DNA of 54,226 nt from an uncultured Solibacteraceae bacterium. GTDB lineage: Bacteria > Acidobacteriota > Terriglobia > Bryobacterales > Bryobacteraceae. A program made the position numbers and the translations under genes. The stretch lies in NCBI GenBank assembly GCA_964627455.1, contig CAZVKC010000003.1:97819-152044 (forward strand). Reading direction: 5' to 3'. The notes beneath the pieces are model-generated. The model had not been told where the DNA came from, searched no databases, and saw only the letters and a program-made list of their open reading frames with translations. This document shows positions 19,478 through 29,331 of the stretch, piece after piece; position 1 is the stretch's first letter, and each line of letters opens with the position of its first letter.

Positions 19478-21844
19478 TCAATTCGACACTTTGTACTGCC
19501 GTTTGACGTCCCTCGCTATCGACTTCTCGTCAAACAAAACCGGCCGCCATTGTTTTTTAGAGAACAGTTCCGTCTGGTCTGTGAACAGCGGCGACTTGGG
19601 ATCCCCGGACTGCGAGTACGTCAAAAACGCCTTCGCGCGCGGACCCCTGTCGTTGAACTCGAGCGCCAGGATAAAGCTCGACCCATGCACCACGGGGTAG
19701 CCTTTTTCGGTGAGCAGCTTGCTGCCGGCGACCAGCTTGGGTTCATCCATCGGCTCGAGGGTCGTCGTGTTGCGGCTGTTCTGCTGCATGTTCATGATGC
19801 CTTCGATGGCGCCCTGCCCGCCGTGGATCGGAATGCGCCGGCCGGCCTTGTCGGCGTACTGCAGTTCGCCGAGCGGCACATCCAGTGCGAGTTTGCGAGC
19901 TTCCAGAACGCCGATCGCCTTCTTCAGATTGTCGATGGCGAGGTCGCCCCCGGCGAGTCCGCGAGGCGTGTTGGTGGGATCTTTTGGATCGAAGTCGATG
20001 GCGAAGAGTTTGCCGCGGCCGAGGAAGTCCGCGGGCGCGTACTGCCCAAGCCACTCGCGGAAGAGCACGGCGCCGCGGCTATCCAGATCATAGCGGCCGT
20101 TCCAGGATCCGAGGATCCGGCAGGCCTCGCCGAGGTTCGCCTTGCTGCAGCGGGCCACGAGTTCGTCTTTGAACAACTCCGCGGCCAGAGCACGATTCGA
20201 CAACAAGGCCGACGCCATTTCGTCGAGCGTAAAGCGGCCGTCGGATCCGGCTGGCCTGTCTGGTGAACGGTTGGACAGCGTCAGGTCATTATTGCGCGTA
20301 CGCAGGGATCGCACGGTGTTCTGTTCTCCATGCAGCGGGGAATACGGGCCCGTCACCGGCGAACTGCTGTTCGCGATCCAGAAGCTGTCGTTGGCGTTGA
20401 ACACATAGTCGAAGCGTTCGATGCGCGGCGTGTTGGCGTATCCGACAACGCCGGGCTTGGTCGATGCGGGATCATTCACCCATTCCGACCTTGGATCGCT
20501 GCCGTTGAGCAACACCATTCCCTGCTGATCGAAGCGTTGCGTGATGGGATCGCTCTTGCGGCGCTTCTGCCAGTCCTCGAGCGCTTCTTTCGAGAGATTC
20601 GGAGTAGAGGCAGTGTCCGCGTACCAGGCAATGCCTTCGCGGCTGGTGGCGATCGTATTCACCCATGGCATGCCCTGATTCTTTTCATGCGCCTTCTGAA
20701 ACGACTGCATTGAGTTGGCGCGATCCATCTCGAGCCACTGCGAGGCGGCGCCATTGTTGTCGAGGTTGGCGTCGCGCACGGCGATCGCGCGCTTGGCAGT
20801 CCAGCCGAGCCCCTGCACGTTGAGGATCGGACCATAATGGCTAAACCAGACCGTGCGCTTCTGCCGGCCGATCGCGCCGTCCGCCTGCTTCACTTCGACG
20901 GTGACGTCACGGCTGGTCATCGCACGTTCTTCATTACCGTAACGATAGACCGTCGGCTTGCCGGGGACGAGGTCGAGCATGAACACGGTGAAGCGCTTGC
21001 CCGCGGACACCGTGTGGGTCCACGCGACGTCCTTGTTGAAGCCGATGCTGACGCCGATGTTGCCGACGAGACTGACGCCGTACACGTCGAGCTTGCCTGG
21101 AATCACGAGGTGCTTTTCCCAAAAACGGTTCGACCCGACCCAGGGATAATGCGGGTTCGCGATGAGCATGCCTTTCTTGGACGCCGCGAGATCCCGGCCC
21201 AGAGCCCAGCCGTTGCTGGCCCAGTCCGGCTTCGGGAACTCGAAGTTGAGCGACGCGGCAGCTTCGTTGGTTCCGGCGGATGGCGTCGAGTTTCCAGCCC
21301 CGGCAGCAGGAGGCGTCGCGCTCGCGATCATGCCGGAGAATCCCGTCGTCACCAGCAGCGTCACCTGCTGATAGGCGACCATGTCCTGCGCCGTGACCGG
21401 GAAGACCCAATCCGCGCCCTGACACCAACCGGGGACCTTGTCTTTGCCGGTCACCACCAGATACTTGTTGTAGCCGGCGACAAAGCCCGCATAATACTCA
21501 CGGATTTCAGCCGGCTGCTTGGCGAGATACTCGCCGCCGCGCTCGTGAATCCTCATCGCCTTCATCGTGATGTCGTTGGCGAGATGCTCGTTGATCTTTC
21601 CGGGACCGAGGTACTTGGCGCGCTCGCCGCGGGCCTTGACCACCTGGTCGGCGATGGAGCAGAGGTGGTCTTCCGCCTGCGCGTACCCCTCGCCAAACCC
21701 GAGGTCGCCATACGTCTTGGCCGTGATGTGCGCGACCCCATGACTGGTGCGGCGAATCCGCGCTGAATACTTCGAAGGAGAGGCGGCTGGCAGCAGGGCA
21801 GCCGCGGCAGTGAACAGGAGAACGAGATTCCGAACGGCGTACAT
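19478..21844 (-). CDS. penicillin-acylase (S45) family Ntn-hydrolase, secreted; possibly an acyl-homoserine-lactone or other N-acyl amidase
   Basis: Signal peptide, then the conserved acylase N-terminus ([27 protein letters not shown]). The beta-subunit N-terminal nucleophile motif is ASNGWALG. Confidence 0.8.
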   Translation of the reverse strand: MYAVRNLVLLFTAAAALLPAASPSKYSARIRRTSHGVAHITAKTYGDLGFGEGYAQAEDHLCSIADQVVKARGERAKYLGPGKINEHLANDITMKAMRIHERGGEYLAKQPAEIREYYAGFVAGYNKYLVVTGKDKVPGWCQGADWVFPVTAQDMVAYQQVTLLVTTGFSGMIASATPPAAGAGNSTPSAGTNEAAASLNFEFPKPDWASNGWALGRDLAASKKGMLIANPHYPWVGSNRFWEKHLVIPGKLDVYGVSLVGNIGVSIGFNKDVAWTHTVSAGKRFTVFMLDLVPGKPTVYRYGNEERAMTSRDVTVEVKQADGAIGRQKRTVWFSHYGPILNVQGLGWTAKRAIAVRDANLDNNGAASQWLEMDRANSMQSFQKAHEKNQGMPWVNTIATSREGIAWYADTASTPNLSKEALEDWQKRRKSDPITQRFDQQGMVLLNGSDPRSEWVNDPASTKPGVVGYANTPRIERFDYVFNANDSFWIANSSSPVTGPYSPLHGEQNTVRSLRTRNNDLTLSNRSPDRPAGSDGRFTLDEMASALLSNRALAAELFKDELVARCSKANLGEACRILGSWNGRYDLDSRGAVLFREWLGQYAPADFLGRGKLFAIDFDPKDPTNTPRGLAGGDLAIDNLKKAIGVLEARKLALDVPLGELQYADKAGRRIPIHGGQGAIEGIMNMQQNSRNTTTLEPMDEPKLVAGSKLLTEKGYPVVHGSSFILALEFNDRGPRAKAFLTYSQSGDPKSPLFTDQTELFSKKQWRPVLFDEKSIARDVKRQYKVSN

Positions 21845-21911
21845 CGCAAGACAGTCTAACAGTTACCCGGCCAGCGCGCTCATCGCTTCATAGATTTGCT
21901 ATGCTTTCTTC

Positions 21912-22826
21912 GTGACTGCTCTCGCCGTGGATCAACGGCTTATGCAGAACAAGATGTCACGCGAGCGGGTCCGGCGGCTGCTCGGAGTTTCCGAACAGAA
22001 GCTGCGCCATTGGGAATCGTTGAACCTGATCGCCCGCTATGACGCTTATTCTCTTCGCGACCTGTCCAAGCTTCGTAAGATCGTTGAGTTGTCGGGCTCC
22101 GGCCTGTCGGCTTCGCGCCTGAAGAAGATGATTCACGCGTTGGCGCTGCGCGAAAATGTCGAGGATCCTTTGTCGGAGCTTCGCATTTATCGCAGCGACG
22201 AGGGATCGCTGCACGTGGATGTAGAAGGACAGACCGTGGATGCCCATTCCGGGCAGATCCTGCTGCATCTCGAAGAGCGTCCGCGCGCCGCTGCAACAAC
22301 CGTCGCGTTTCCGGCTTCGTCGCCGAAGGAAGATTCGAAGAAGCGGGGTGAAGCCGAATCCTGGTTCGAGCGCGGACTGGAACTCGAGCAGAGCGGGGCG
22401 CCGCACGGCGAGATCCGCGAGGCGTACGAGAAGGCCATCGCACTGGATCCGAATTCGACGGGCGCGCTGGTGAATCTCGGCACGCTGTACTTCAACGCCC
22501 GCGCCATGAGCAAGGCGGAGAAGCTGTACCTCAAGGCAATTGAGGCCGATCCCGCATACGCGCTGGCGCACTTCAACCTCGGCAACCTGTACGACGAGAA
22601 GGGCGAGATCGAGAAGGCGCTCCACTATTACACCGAGGCGCTGCGGCTGAATCCGTCCTATCCCGACGCGCACTACAATCTCGCCCTGCTGTATCAGAAC
22701 CGGGGCGAATCGATGCGCGCCCTTCCTCACTGGAAGGCGTATCTGAAGCTGGATCCCCGATCGAGTTGGGCCGACATCGCGCGGCGCGAACTCGAAAAGC
22801 TCAAGGACGCGGCAATCGTCAAGTAG
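21912..22826 (+). CDS. MerR-like HTH domain fused to tetratricopeptide repeats
   Basis: N-terminal MerR-type HTH (VSEQKLRHWESLNLI...YSLRDLSKLRKIVELSGSGLSASRLKK). The C-terminus has at least four TPR units (AYALAHFNLGNLYDEKGEIEKALHYYTEALRLNPSYPDAHYNLALLYQNRG). Confidence 0.65.
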   Translation: MTALAVDQRLMQNKMSRERVRRLLGVSEQKLRHWESLNLIARYDAYSLRDLSKLRKIVELSGSGLSASRLKKMIHALALRENVEDPLSELRIYRSDEGSLHVDVEGQTVDAHSGQILLHLEERPRAAATTVAFPASSPKEDSKKRGEAESWFERGLELEQSGAPHGEIREAYEKAIALDPNSTGALVNLGTLYFNARAMSKAEKLYLKAIEADPAYALAHFNLGNLYDEKGEIEKALHYYTEALRLNPSYPDAHYNLALLYQNRGESMRALPHWKAYLKLDPRSSWADIARRELEKLKDAAIVK

Positions 22827-22863
22827 CCGGGCTTCTATAATTTCCTGAGGGGGGCTCTCGGGA

Positions 22864-24450
22864 ATGAAACTCGGAATTGGATTTGCATTTGCGGCCATCG
22901 GCGTCCTGGCGCAACAGATGATCGTTGCTCCGTCGCCGGATCGCCGTGCGAATGAGGGCGAGGGACCCTTCACGAGGCTGGTGATCCGCGCCGTGACGAT
23001 GATCGACGGCACTGGCGCCCCGCCGCGTGGACCCGTCGATGTCGTGATCGAGGGCAACCGCATCGCGGATGTCCGCAGCGTTGGATATCCGCTGACGCCG
23101 ATCCGTCCGCAGAACCGTCCCGAGAAAGGCGTCAAGGAAATCGACGGGACCGGCATGTTCCTGCTGCCCGGCTTCGTCGACCTGCATGTCCACACCGGCG
23201 GCGAACCCAAGGCGCCGGAGGCTGAGTACGTCCACAAGCTTTGGATGGCGCATGGCGTGACCACCGTTCGCGGCGTTCCCGCGGGATCGATGAATTGGGT
23301 GGTGCGCGAGAAACAGAGGTCCGCGGAAAACAAGATCGTGGCGCCGCGTTACTTCAACTACCAGCGCCCGTTCACCGGCGAAGGATGGAAGCCGAACCGC
23401 ATTCAGACGCCGGAAAACGCACGTGAGTGGGTTCGCTGGGCGAAGGCGCACGGCATTGATGGATTGAAGCTTGGATCGCAGGATCCCGAAATCATGGCTG
23501 CGTTGCTCGACGAGGCGAAGAAGAATGGCCTCGGCAGCACGGCGCATCTCGACCAGATGGGCGTCGCCCGGATGAACGCGCGGGACGCCGTGCGGCTGGG
23601 ACTTGGCACGGTGACGCACTTCTACGGGCTATTTGAGTCGTTGCTCAAGGACACGACCGTACAACCGTATCCCCTCGACCAGAACTACAACGACGAACAG
23701 CACCGTTTCGGACAGGTGGCGCGTATCTGGAACAGGATCCACCCGCGAGGCAGCAAGGAATGGAACGACCTGCTGGACGAGTTTCGCAAGTATGACGTGA
23801 CGCTCGATCCGACGTTCACCATCTATTCGGCGTCGCGCGACGTGATGCGGGCGCGAAATGCCGAGTGGCATGACCGCTACACACTGCCGACGCTCTGGGA
23901 CTTCTATCAACCGAGCCGCGAGGCGCACGGCTCGTATTGGTTCAACTGGACGACATCCGACGAGATCGAGTGGAAGAATTTCTATCGCGTCTGGATGAGT
24001 CTCATCAACGATTACAAGAACCGCGGCGGCCGGGTGACGACGGGCTCGGATTCCGGCTTCATCTACAAGACCTACGGTTTCGCCTACATTGAAGAGTTCG
24101 AACTGCTGCAGGAAGCAGGCTTTCATCCACTCGAAGTGATCCGCGCGGCAACCATGCACGGCGCAGAAACGCTGCACAAGCCTCTCGGGAAGCCAATTGA
24201 ATTCGGCATCATCCGTCCGGGCCTGCTCGCGGACCTGGTTCTCACCGATCAGAATCCACTCGAAAACTTCAAGGTCCTCTACGGGACCGGCCACTTGCGT
24301 TTGAACGACAAGACCAATACGCCGGAGCGCGTCGGTGGAATCCGCTACACGATCAAGGACGGCATCGTGTACGACGCGAAACAACTACTGGCGGACGTCG
24401 CGGCGATGGTCGAGCGGGCGAAGGCAAAGCAGTCACGAAACACTCAGTAA
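22864..24450 (+). CDS. amidohydrolase family metal-dependent hydrolase, secreted
   Basis: Signal peptide; metal-binding HxH motif LPGFVDLHVHTGG near the N-terminus and a later HxxxD region. Confidence 0.7.
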   Translation: MKLGIGFAFAAIGVLAQQMIVAPSPDRRANEGEGPFTRLVIRAVTMIDGTGAPPRGPVDVVIEGNRIADVRSVGYPLTPIRPQNRPEKGVKEIDGTGMFLLPGFVDLHVHTGGEPKAPEAEYVHKLWMAHGVTTVRGVPAGSMNWVVREKQRSAENKIVAPRYFNYQRPFTGEGWKPNRIQTPENAREWVRWAKAHGIDGLKLGSQDPEIMAALLDEAKKNGLGSTAHLDQMGVARMNARDAVRLGLGTVTHFYGLFESLLKDTTVQPYPLDQNYNDEQHRFGQVARIWNRIHPRGSKEWNDLLDEFRKYDVTLDPTFTIYSASRDVMRARNAEWHDRYTLPTLWDFYQPSREAHGSYWFNWTTSDEIEWKNFYRVWMSLINDYKNRGGRVTTGSDSGFIYKTYGFAYIEEFELLQEAGFHPLEVIRAATMHGAETLHKPLGKPIEFGIIRPGLLADLVLTDQNPLENFKVLYGTGHLRLNDKTNTPERVGGIRYTIKDGIVYDAKQLLADVAAMVERAKAKQSRNTQ

Positions 24451-24457
24451 ACGGAGT

Positions 24458-27139
24458 TTACCAGGGACCTGTGACCGGCACGTCGCCGGGATATCCAAAA
24501 TACGCCAGGGTTCCGAGGAGGCTGATCCATGCCCCGTTCGATGGCCGCCAAACCACCGGCTGCGTGTTGACGGTGGTGGTCCACATCGGCGCCGGGATGT
24601 CGCCGGCAGAGCCCAGGGTGTATTGGGCGTCGACACCGGGAGTGAAGATGAAATCCCCGTTCGTGTCCAGCCTCCAAACGCCGTTATTGTAGAGGCCGAT
24701 CTTCGCAGTTCCGGATCCGGTCCAGTCACCGACCACGGGAATATCGCCGGATGCGCCCCAGGTGATGATCTTATCGACATTATTGGTCCATGCGTTGTTG
24801 CCGTCCCAATCGAGGAACCAGACGCCGTTGCGGTATACGCCGATCTTTGACCTGCCGTCGCCGTTCCAGTCGCCCACTACGGGAATGTCGCCCGGGATGC
24901 CGTAGTAATAGTAGGCATCGACGCCCCAAGTCCACTGATTGTCGCCGTTAATGTCGACGTACCAAGTGCCGCCGCGGAAGACGCCGACGCGGTACACACC
25001 GGTACCGGTCCAGTCGCCGACGATCGGGATATCCGTCGAGATTCCCAGCGAGAACGCCACATCTCCTGTGTTCCAGATGTTGTCCCCGGTCTTGTCGAGG
25101 GCCCAGCCGCCTCGCCGGAAGATGCCGACCTTGTCCCACGAGCGGCCCCTGCCGCCGGGAAACTGGAACTTCGCGAAGAAGGCGTTCAAGCTGGCGGAGT
25201 CGGAAGTGGATTGGTAACTGCCGCCGGCCATCGCCAGATTGTTCGAACTGGTCGTACCGCCCGCCAAGACGGCGTTTGGATTGACGACACCCATTGCGAC
25301 CGCGAGAATCGCGTCCGAGCCATTTCCGCCCCAGAGAGTCGAGTACGACAAAGGCCCATAGGAAAGGAAGACCGATACGAACCCGTCGTAGTAACCGCCA
25401 AACCCCGTCTGTACAGCCTGCGAGAGCGGGAAGTTGGAGGATGAAGTCATCCCTGCCGCCACAACCTGACCGCTGGGACGAACAGCAACCGCATAAACAG
25501 CGTCATAGCTACTCCCGCCAAGGTACGTGCTCCAGGACCACGAACCAAGATACGGAGTGAACTTTGTTACGAAACCGTCCGAACCACCGCGTCCGAACGT
25601 CGCTTGCGCCGCGTTGAGAACCGGGAAATCCGAGGAACAGGTCAGCCCGCCCACGACCGGCTCTCCGCTGCTGGTGATCGCAATCGAGGTGGCCATCTCA
25701 GGTTGTGCGGCCGATCCACAGGATCCACCCCAGTAGGTGCTGGCGGCCAGCGAAGTACCCGTCTGCGAGAGCCGCATGACGAAGCCGTCCATCCCGCCCC
25801 GGGGACCAGATCCGGACACAACCGGCAGATTCGACGAAGACGTCCCGCCTGCGACATAGAGGTTCTGCTGATAGACCGCCACGGCGTTGACACTGTCGTC
25901 ACTCGCACCGCCCAGGTACGTGCTGAACACGATCGCAGAACCAGCGGGATTGATCTTGGCGGCAAAGCCGTCCTGTGCGCCACGCGGGGTAGAGTAAGCC
26001 GCATTGGCTACCGGGAAGTCCGAAGAAGTGGTCTGGCCACCGATGTAGATACCGTAGGAATCGACGGCGACACTATTGACGGCATCGGACCCGGAGCCGC
26101 CCCAATAAGTTGAAAAATCGAGCGTCGCGCCGCTCGCGGCCAGGCGGGCGACGAATCCATCCATCCCACCCTTGTTCGTCCCCTGAATCGCGCTCTGCAC
26201 CGGGAAGTTCGTTGAGGCCGTGGATCCCACGATCACCGGCCGATTCGAGGAATCGACAACCATGCCATTGACGCGATCCGCACCAATTCCACCGATGAAG
26301 GTCGCCCAGACCAGGCTTTGTCCGTTCGCGCTGAGTTTGGCGACAAAACCGTCGGTCGAACCTTTTTGGCTCGTCTGGTACGCGCTCGCCACCGTCATGT
26401 TGGTGGATTCGGTCCAACCCGCAATGAACATACTGTCGTCGGAGCCCATAGCTACCGCCGTAATCGATTCGTTGCGATTTCCGCCCCAGTAAGAGCTGTA
26501 GAGCAGATCAGGATCAATCACTGTGGCCAGCGAAGGATCCAGCCCGTGAATCGAAAACCCCACAGTGCCGTCCCCAAACACAACATACGATGCGGAACGC
26601 GGAACCGTCTCGCCGCTCGTACGAGTCTGGTACACGGCCGGGATCCGTTCCTCCATCTCGCCACTCGCTGTGAGGATCACGAGTTGCCCGCGTTCACCGA
26701 CAGTCACTCGCCCGATTCCCTGGTACTCGATTCGGATCGCGGCTGCCGTTCTGCCCGGCGCCAGCAGGAAATCGCTTTTCCATCCGTCTCTCGAAAATCG
26801 GCATTGGAGATCGACGCCGTCGTAAAGCCCGGCGTATCGCACGCCGCTGAAGCCCGGGCGAGATCTGTGCGACGCTCCAAACATCAGGTGGATCGACGAC
26901 TGAGTCGCACCCGAACCTTCCAAGCGGACGTCCGGTCTTGCGCCCCGAAACACGAGGGTCAAACCTGAATCGAAGCGGACCTCTCCAGCGCTGTAACGCG
27001 CCCAGCGTCCAAAGTTGGTGCCCACAAAGGTCCGCCCATCTGCGGAGGGAAAGAATACCGCTTGCGGCGAAACACCAGCGGCAGCGCTCGTCAACGCTGT
27101 CATCCACAACGTCACCAGGATGGCCGAGTTTCTCATCAC
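24458..27139 (-). CDS. large secreted SBBP beta-propeller repeat protein with C-terminal FG-GAP-like repeats
   Basis: Signal peptide MMRNSAILVTLWMTALTSAAAG. It has at least seven SBBP-type repeats (...GG.G.D.G.G(I/V)AVDS.GN.Y(I/V)(A/G)G.T.S.(N/D)FPV...) and four C-terminal ~45-aa units GDIPVVGDW(N/T)G(D/S)G..KIGVYRNG.W.LD.NGN..W. Confidence 0.8.
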   Translation of the reverse strand: MMRNSAILVTLWMTALTSAAAGVSPQAVFFPSADGRTFVGTNFGRWARYSAGEVRFDSGLTLVFRGARPDVRLEGSGATQSSIHLMFGASHRSRPGFSGVRYAGLYDGVDLQCRFSRDGWKSDFLLAPGRTAAAIRIEYQGIGRVTVGERGQLVILTASGEMEERIPAVYQTRTSGETVPRSASYVVFGDGTVGFSIHGLDPSLATVIDPDLLYSSYWGGNRNESITAVAMGSDDSMFIAGWTESTNMTVASAYQTSQKGSTDGFVAKLSANGQSLVWATFIGGIGADRVNGMVVDSSNRPVIVGSTASTNFPVQSAIQGTNKGGMDGFVARLAASGATLDFSTYWGGSGSDAVNSVAVDSYGIYIGGQTTSSDFPVANAAYSTPRGAQDGFAAKINPAGSAIVFSTYLGGASDDSVNAVAVYQQNLYVAGGTSSSNLPVVSGSGPRGGMDGFVMRLSQTGTSLAASTYWGGSCGSAAQPEMATSIAITSSGEPVVGGLTCSSDFPVLNAAQATFGRGGSDGFVTKFTPYLGSWSWSTYLGGSSYDAVYAVAVRPSGQVVAAGMTSSSNFPLSQAVQTGFGGYYDGFVSVFLSYGPLSYSTLWGGNGSDAILAVAMGVVNPNAVLAGGTTSSNNLAMAGGSYQSTSDSASLNAFFAKFQFPGGRGRSWDKVGIFRRGGWALDKTGDNIWNTGDVAFSLGISTDIPIVGDWTGTGVYRVGVFRGGTWYVDINGDNQWTWGVDAYYYYGIPGDIPVVGDWNGDGRSKIGVYRNGVWFLDWDGNNAWTNNVDKIITWGASGDIPVVGDWTGSGTAKIGLYNNGVWRLDTNGDFIFTPGVDAQYTLGSAGDIPAPMWTTTVNTQPVVWRPSNGAWISLLGTLAYFGYPGDVPVTGPW
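24461..25139 (-). repeat. tandem coding repeats: four ~135-nt units encoding the FG-GAP-like C-terminal modules of the SBBP protein
   Basis: Protein-level periodicity GDIPVVGDWxGxGxxKIGVYRNGVWxLDxNGNxxW repeated four times in the last 226 aa. Confidence 0.6.
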
Positions 27140-27170
27140 ATAGCACTCTTCGGCCTCCGAGTACTAAGGT

Positions 27171-27722
27171 TTAGCGGTTTCTCACTCCCGACACGAACGG
27201 ACTATTCCGAATGAAAAAGCGTAGAGGCCAATCGGCGCAATGCCGGATCCCTATCCTCGGGGAAACACCTATTTCCTCTTCCCCAACAGGCCGATCGCCA
27301 CGCTCGATCACGAGTGGCCCTTTCGTGACATCGCAGCCCAGGTGCTCGGCCCTCGTGATTCCCATGCCGATGGTGAGTTTCCCCGGCCCGCTGAGCAGGC
27401 GCCGGACATCCTGCGAACCAGCAGCGCGTCGCCGGGCCAGCATTTCCTCGACGCCCCGCACGGGTTCGAGCGCCCGGATCAACACGCAGCCCGGTGTGCC
27501 GTCGGGTTCCGCGATCAGGTTCAGGCATTCGTACATTCCATAGATGAGGTACACGTACGCATGGCCGGGAGGTCCGAAAATGATGCGGGTCCGCGGCGTG
27601 ACACCGCGCGAAGCATGCGCCGCAAGGTCGTTCAAACCGAGGTACGCCTCGACCTCGACGATACGTCCGGCGCAGGGACCCAACGCAATAGTGCATCCCA
27701 GCAACTCACGCGCGACGGTCAC
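27171..27722 (-). CDS. DNA-3-methyladenine glycosylase (Mpg/AAG family)
   Basis: ARELLGCTIALGPCAGRIVEVEAYLGLNDLAAHASRGVTPRTRIIFGPPGHAYVYLIYGMYECLNL is the canonical MPG core. Confidence 0.85.
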   Translation of the reverse strand: MTVARELLGCTIALGPCAGRIVEVEAYLGLNDLAAHASRGVTPRTRIIFGPPGHAYVYLIYGMYECLNLIAEPDGTPGCVLIRALEPVRGVEEMLARRRAAGSQDVRRLLSGPGKLTIGMGITRAEHLGCDVTKGPLVIERGDRPVGEEEIGVSPRIGIRHCADWPLRFFIRNSPFVSGVRNR

Positions 27723-27784
27723 GGTGTCGCGCGCATAAAAACTTCTCGGCAGAATCCGTCGGATAATATGAGCGTACCAACCGA

Positions 27785-28345
27785 ATGCGCCTGTTTACCG
27801 GTCTCGATCTGCCCGGCGAAGTCGAGACGCAACTGGATCGCCTGCTAACAGAACTGCGGCCCAAAGCAAAGATCAATTGGAGTCCCGTCGCGAACCTGCA
27901 CATCACGACCAAGTTCATCGGCGAGTGGCCGGAGGCGCGTCTGCCCGAACTGATCCACGCATTGGAGGCGGTTCCCAAGCCGGCAGCGCCGCTGCGAATT
28001 GCGATCCGCGGCATCGGCTGGTTTCCGAACCCGCATCAACCGCGCGTCCTCTTCGCCGGCATTGAGATTGCTCCGGAAGGACTGCTGCACGAACTGGCGC
28101 GCGCCACCGATGGGGCGTGCACCGCCATTGGCGTCCCGCCGGAACAGAAGCCCTACAAACCGCACCTGACACTGGCGCGCATCAAGGGCGGGCAGGATAT
28201 TGCCGAGGTGCGCCGCGCTATCGCGCAACGGCAGTCGCTCGAGTTCGGCGGCGAGTTCACGCCGGCGTCGTATTTCCTGTACCTCAGCTCGCCCGGTCCG
28301 CGCGGTTCGGTGTACACCAAGCTTTCGGAGTTCCCACTGGCATGA
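27785..28345 (+). CDS. thpR: RNA 2',3'-cyclic phosphodiesterase (2H family, LigT/ThpR)
   Basis: Two H-x-T/S-x motifs, NLHITTKFIG and KPHLTLARIKG, in a protein of about 186 aa. Confidence 0.85.
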   Translation: MRLFTGLDLPGEVETQLDRLLTELRPKAKINWSPVANLHITTKFIGEWPEARLPELIHALEAVPKPAAPLRIAIRGIGWFPNPHQPRVLFAGIEIAPEGLLHELARATDGACTAIGVPPEQKPYKPHLTLARIKGGQDIAEVRRAIAQRQSLEFGGEFTPASYFLYLSSPGPRGSVYTKLSEFPLA

Positions 28346-28956
28346 CCCTCATCAACCTCGGTTTGCTCGTCTTCGCCTACCTCCTGGGCGGCGTCCCGTT
28401 CGGATACCTGCTGGTCAGGTGGCGAACCGGATCGGACGTGCGTTCCTCCGGCAGCGGCAACATCGGTGCGACCAACGTGCTTCGCACCAGCGGCCGTGGA
28501 CTCGGCGTCGCCACGCTCCTGCTCGACATCGCCAAAGGCTTCCTCGCGGTGTGGCTGATGGGCAAATACACCGCGCACGACCCGCTGTGGATGAGTCTCG
28601 CCGCGCTTGCGGTGATGGGTGGACACGCGTTCCCGGTGTTTTTGAAGTTCCAGGGCGGCAAGGCCGTCGCGTCGTTCATTGGCGCGTTCCTGTATCTCAC
28701 GCCGTGGCCGCTATTCGCCGTGTTGCTGGTGTTTGTCGTGGTGGTGTGGATCAAGCGGCATATCTCGCTAGGATCCATCGTCGCCTGCGGACTCTTCCCG
28801 TTCGGCGTCTGGCTCATCGAACATCCGCACTGGCCGGTCGTGGCCGCGGCAGCCATCGGCGGGGGATTCGTGATCTACCGCCACAAGTCGAATATCGAAC
28901 GTCTGCGGGCCGGCACGGAAAGCGTGTTCACCTTCTCGAAGACGGCGCGACGCTAA
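28342..28956 (+). CDS. plsY: glycerol-3-phosphate acyltransferase PlsY
   Basis: MTLINLGLLVFAYLLGGVPFGYLLVRW...SGSGNIGATNVLRTSG is the canonical PlsY. Its start ATG at 28342 overlaps the thpR stop in an ATGA; the track ORF from 28117 is an out-of-family extension. Confidence 0.85.
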   Translation: MTLINLGLLVFAYLLGGVPFGYLLVRWRTGSDVRSSGSGNIGATNVLRTSGRGLGVATLLLDIAKGFLAVWLMGKYTAHDPLWMSLAALAVMGGHAFPVFLKFQGGKAVASFIGAFLYLTPWPLFAVLLVFVVVVWIKRHISLGSIVACGLFPFGVWLIEHPHWPVVAAAAIGGGFVIYRHKSNIERLRAGTESVFTFSKTARR

Positions 28957-29324
28957 CCTGCGAAACAACCCGAATTCCCGGCGGAACATCGCGATAAACG
29001 CAGAGTCCCAGAGGCGAAGCTTGCCCCGCCAGGTCCACGAGTTTCAGCGCCCGTGGATCCGACAGGTCCCGTGCGCACATACAGCATGCGCAGCGCGACT
29101 TCGCCGCGAAATTCCAGGGAGTCAGGCAATCCCGCAGGGATCCATACGGCGCGGTGTGGAGGAGTGATCCAGGCGGCTTCGCGGGTTCGCACGTGGACCG
29201 CGCCGCGAATCGAGACGGTGACGGCCAAGCTCCGGATCCGGGTCCAGGAGTCGTCGCCGTGGCGGAAGTTCGACATTCTTTGACAGAATATCGATCTTCC
29301 GCACCGGTGCAAACCCGGATACAC
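28953..29324 (-). pseudogene. possible remnant of an AraC-family regulator (N-terminal cupin ligand-binding domain only, HTH missing)
   Basis: HVRTREAAWITPPHRAVWIPAGLPDSLEFRGEVALRMLYV matches the AraC N-terminal cupin motif (..W.VPP.RAVWIPAG..H.......LR.LY.) as recalled from memory. The ORF ends where the helix-turn-helix should begin, and the downstream DNA is occupied by plsY on the other strand. Confidence 0.3.
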
Positions 29325-29331
29325 TCACCCC

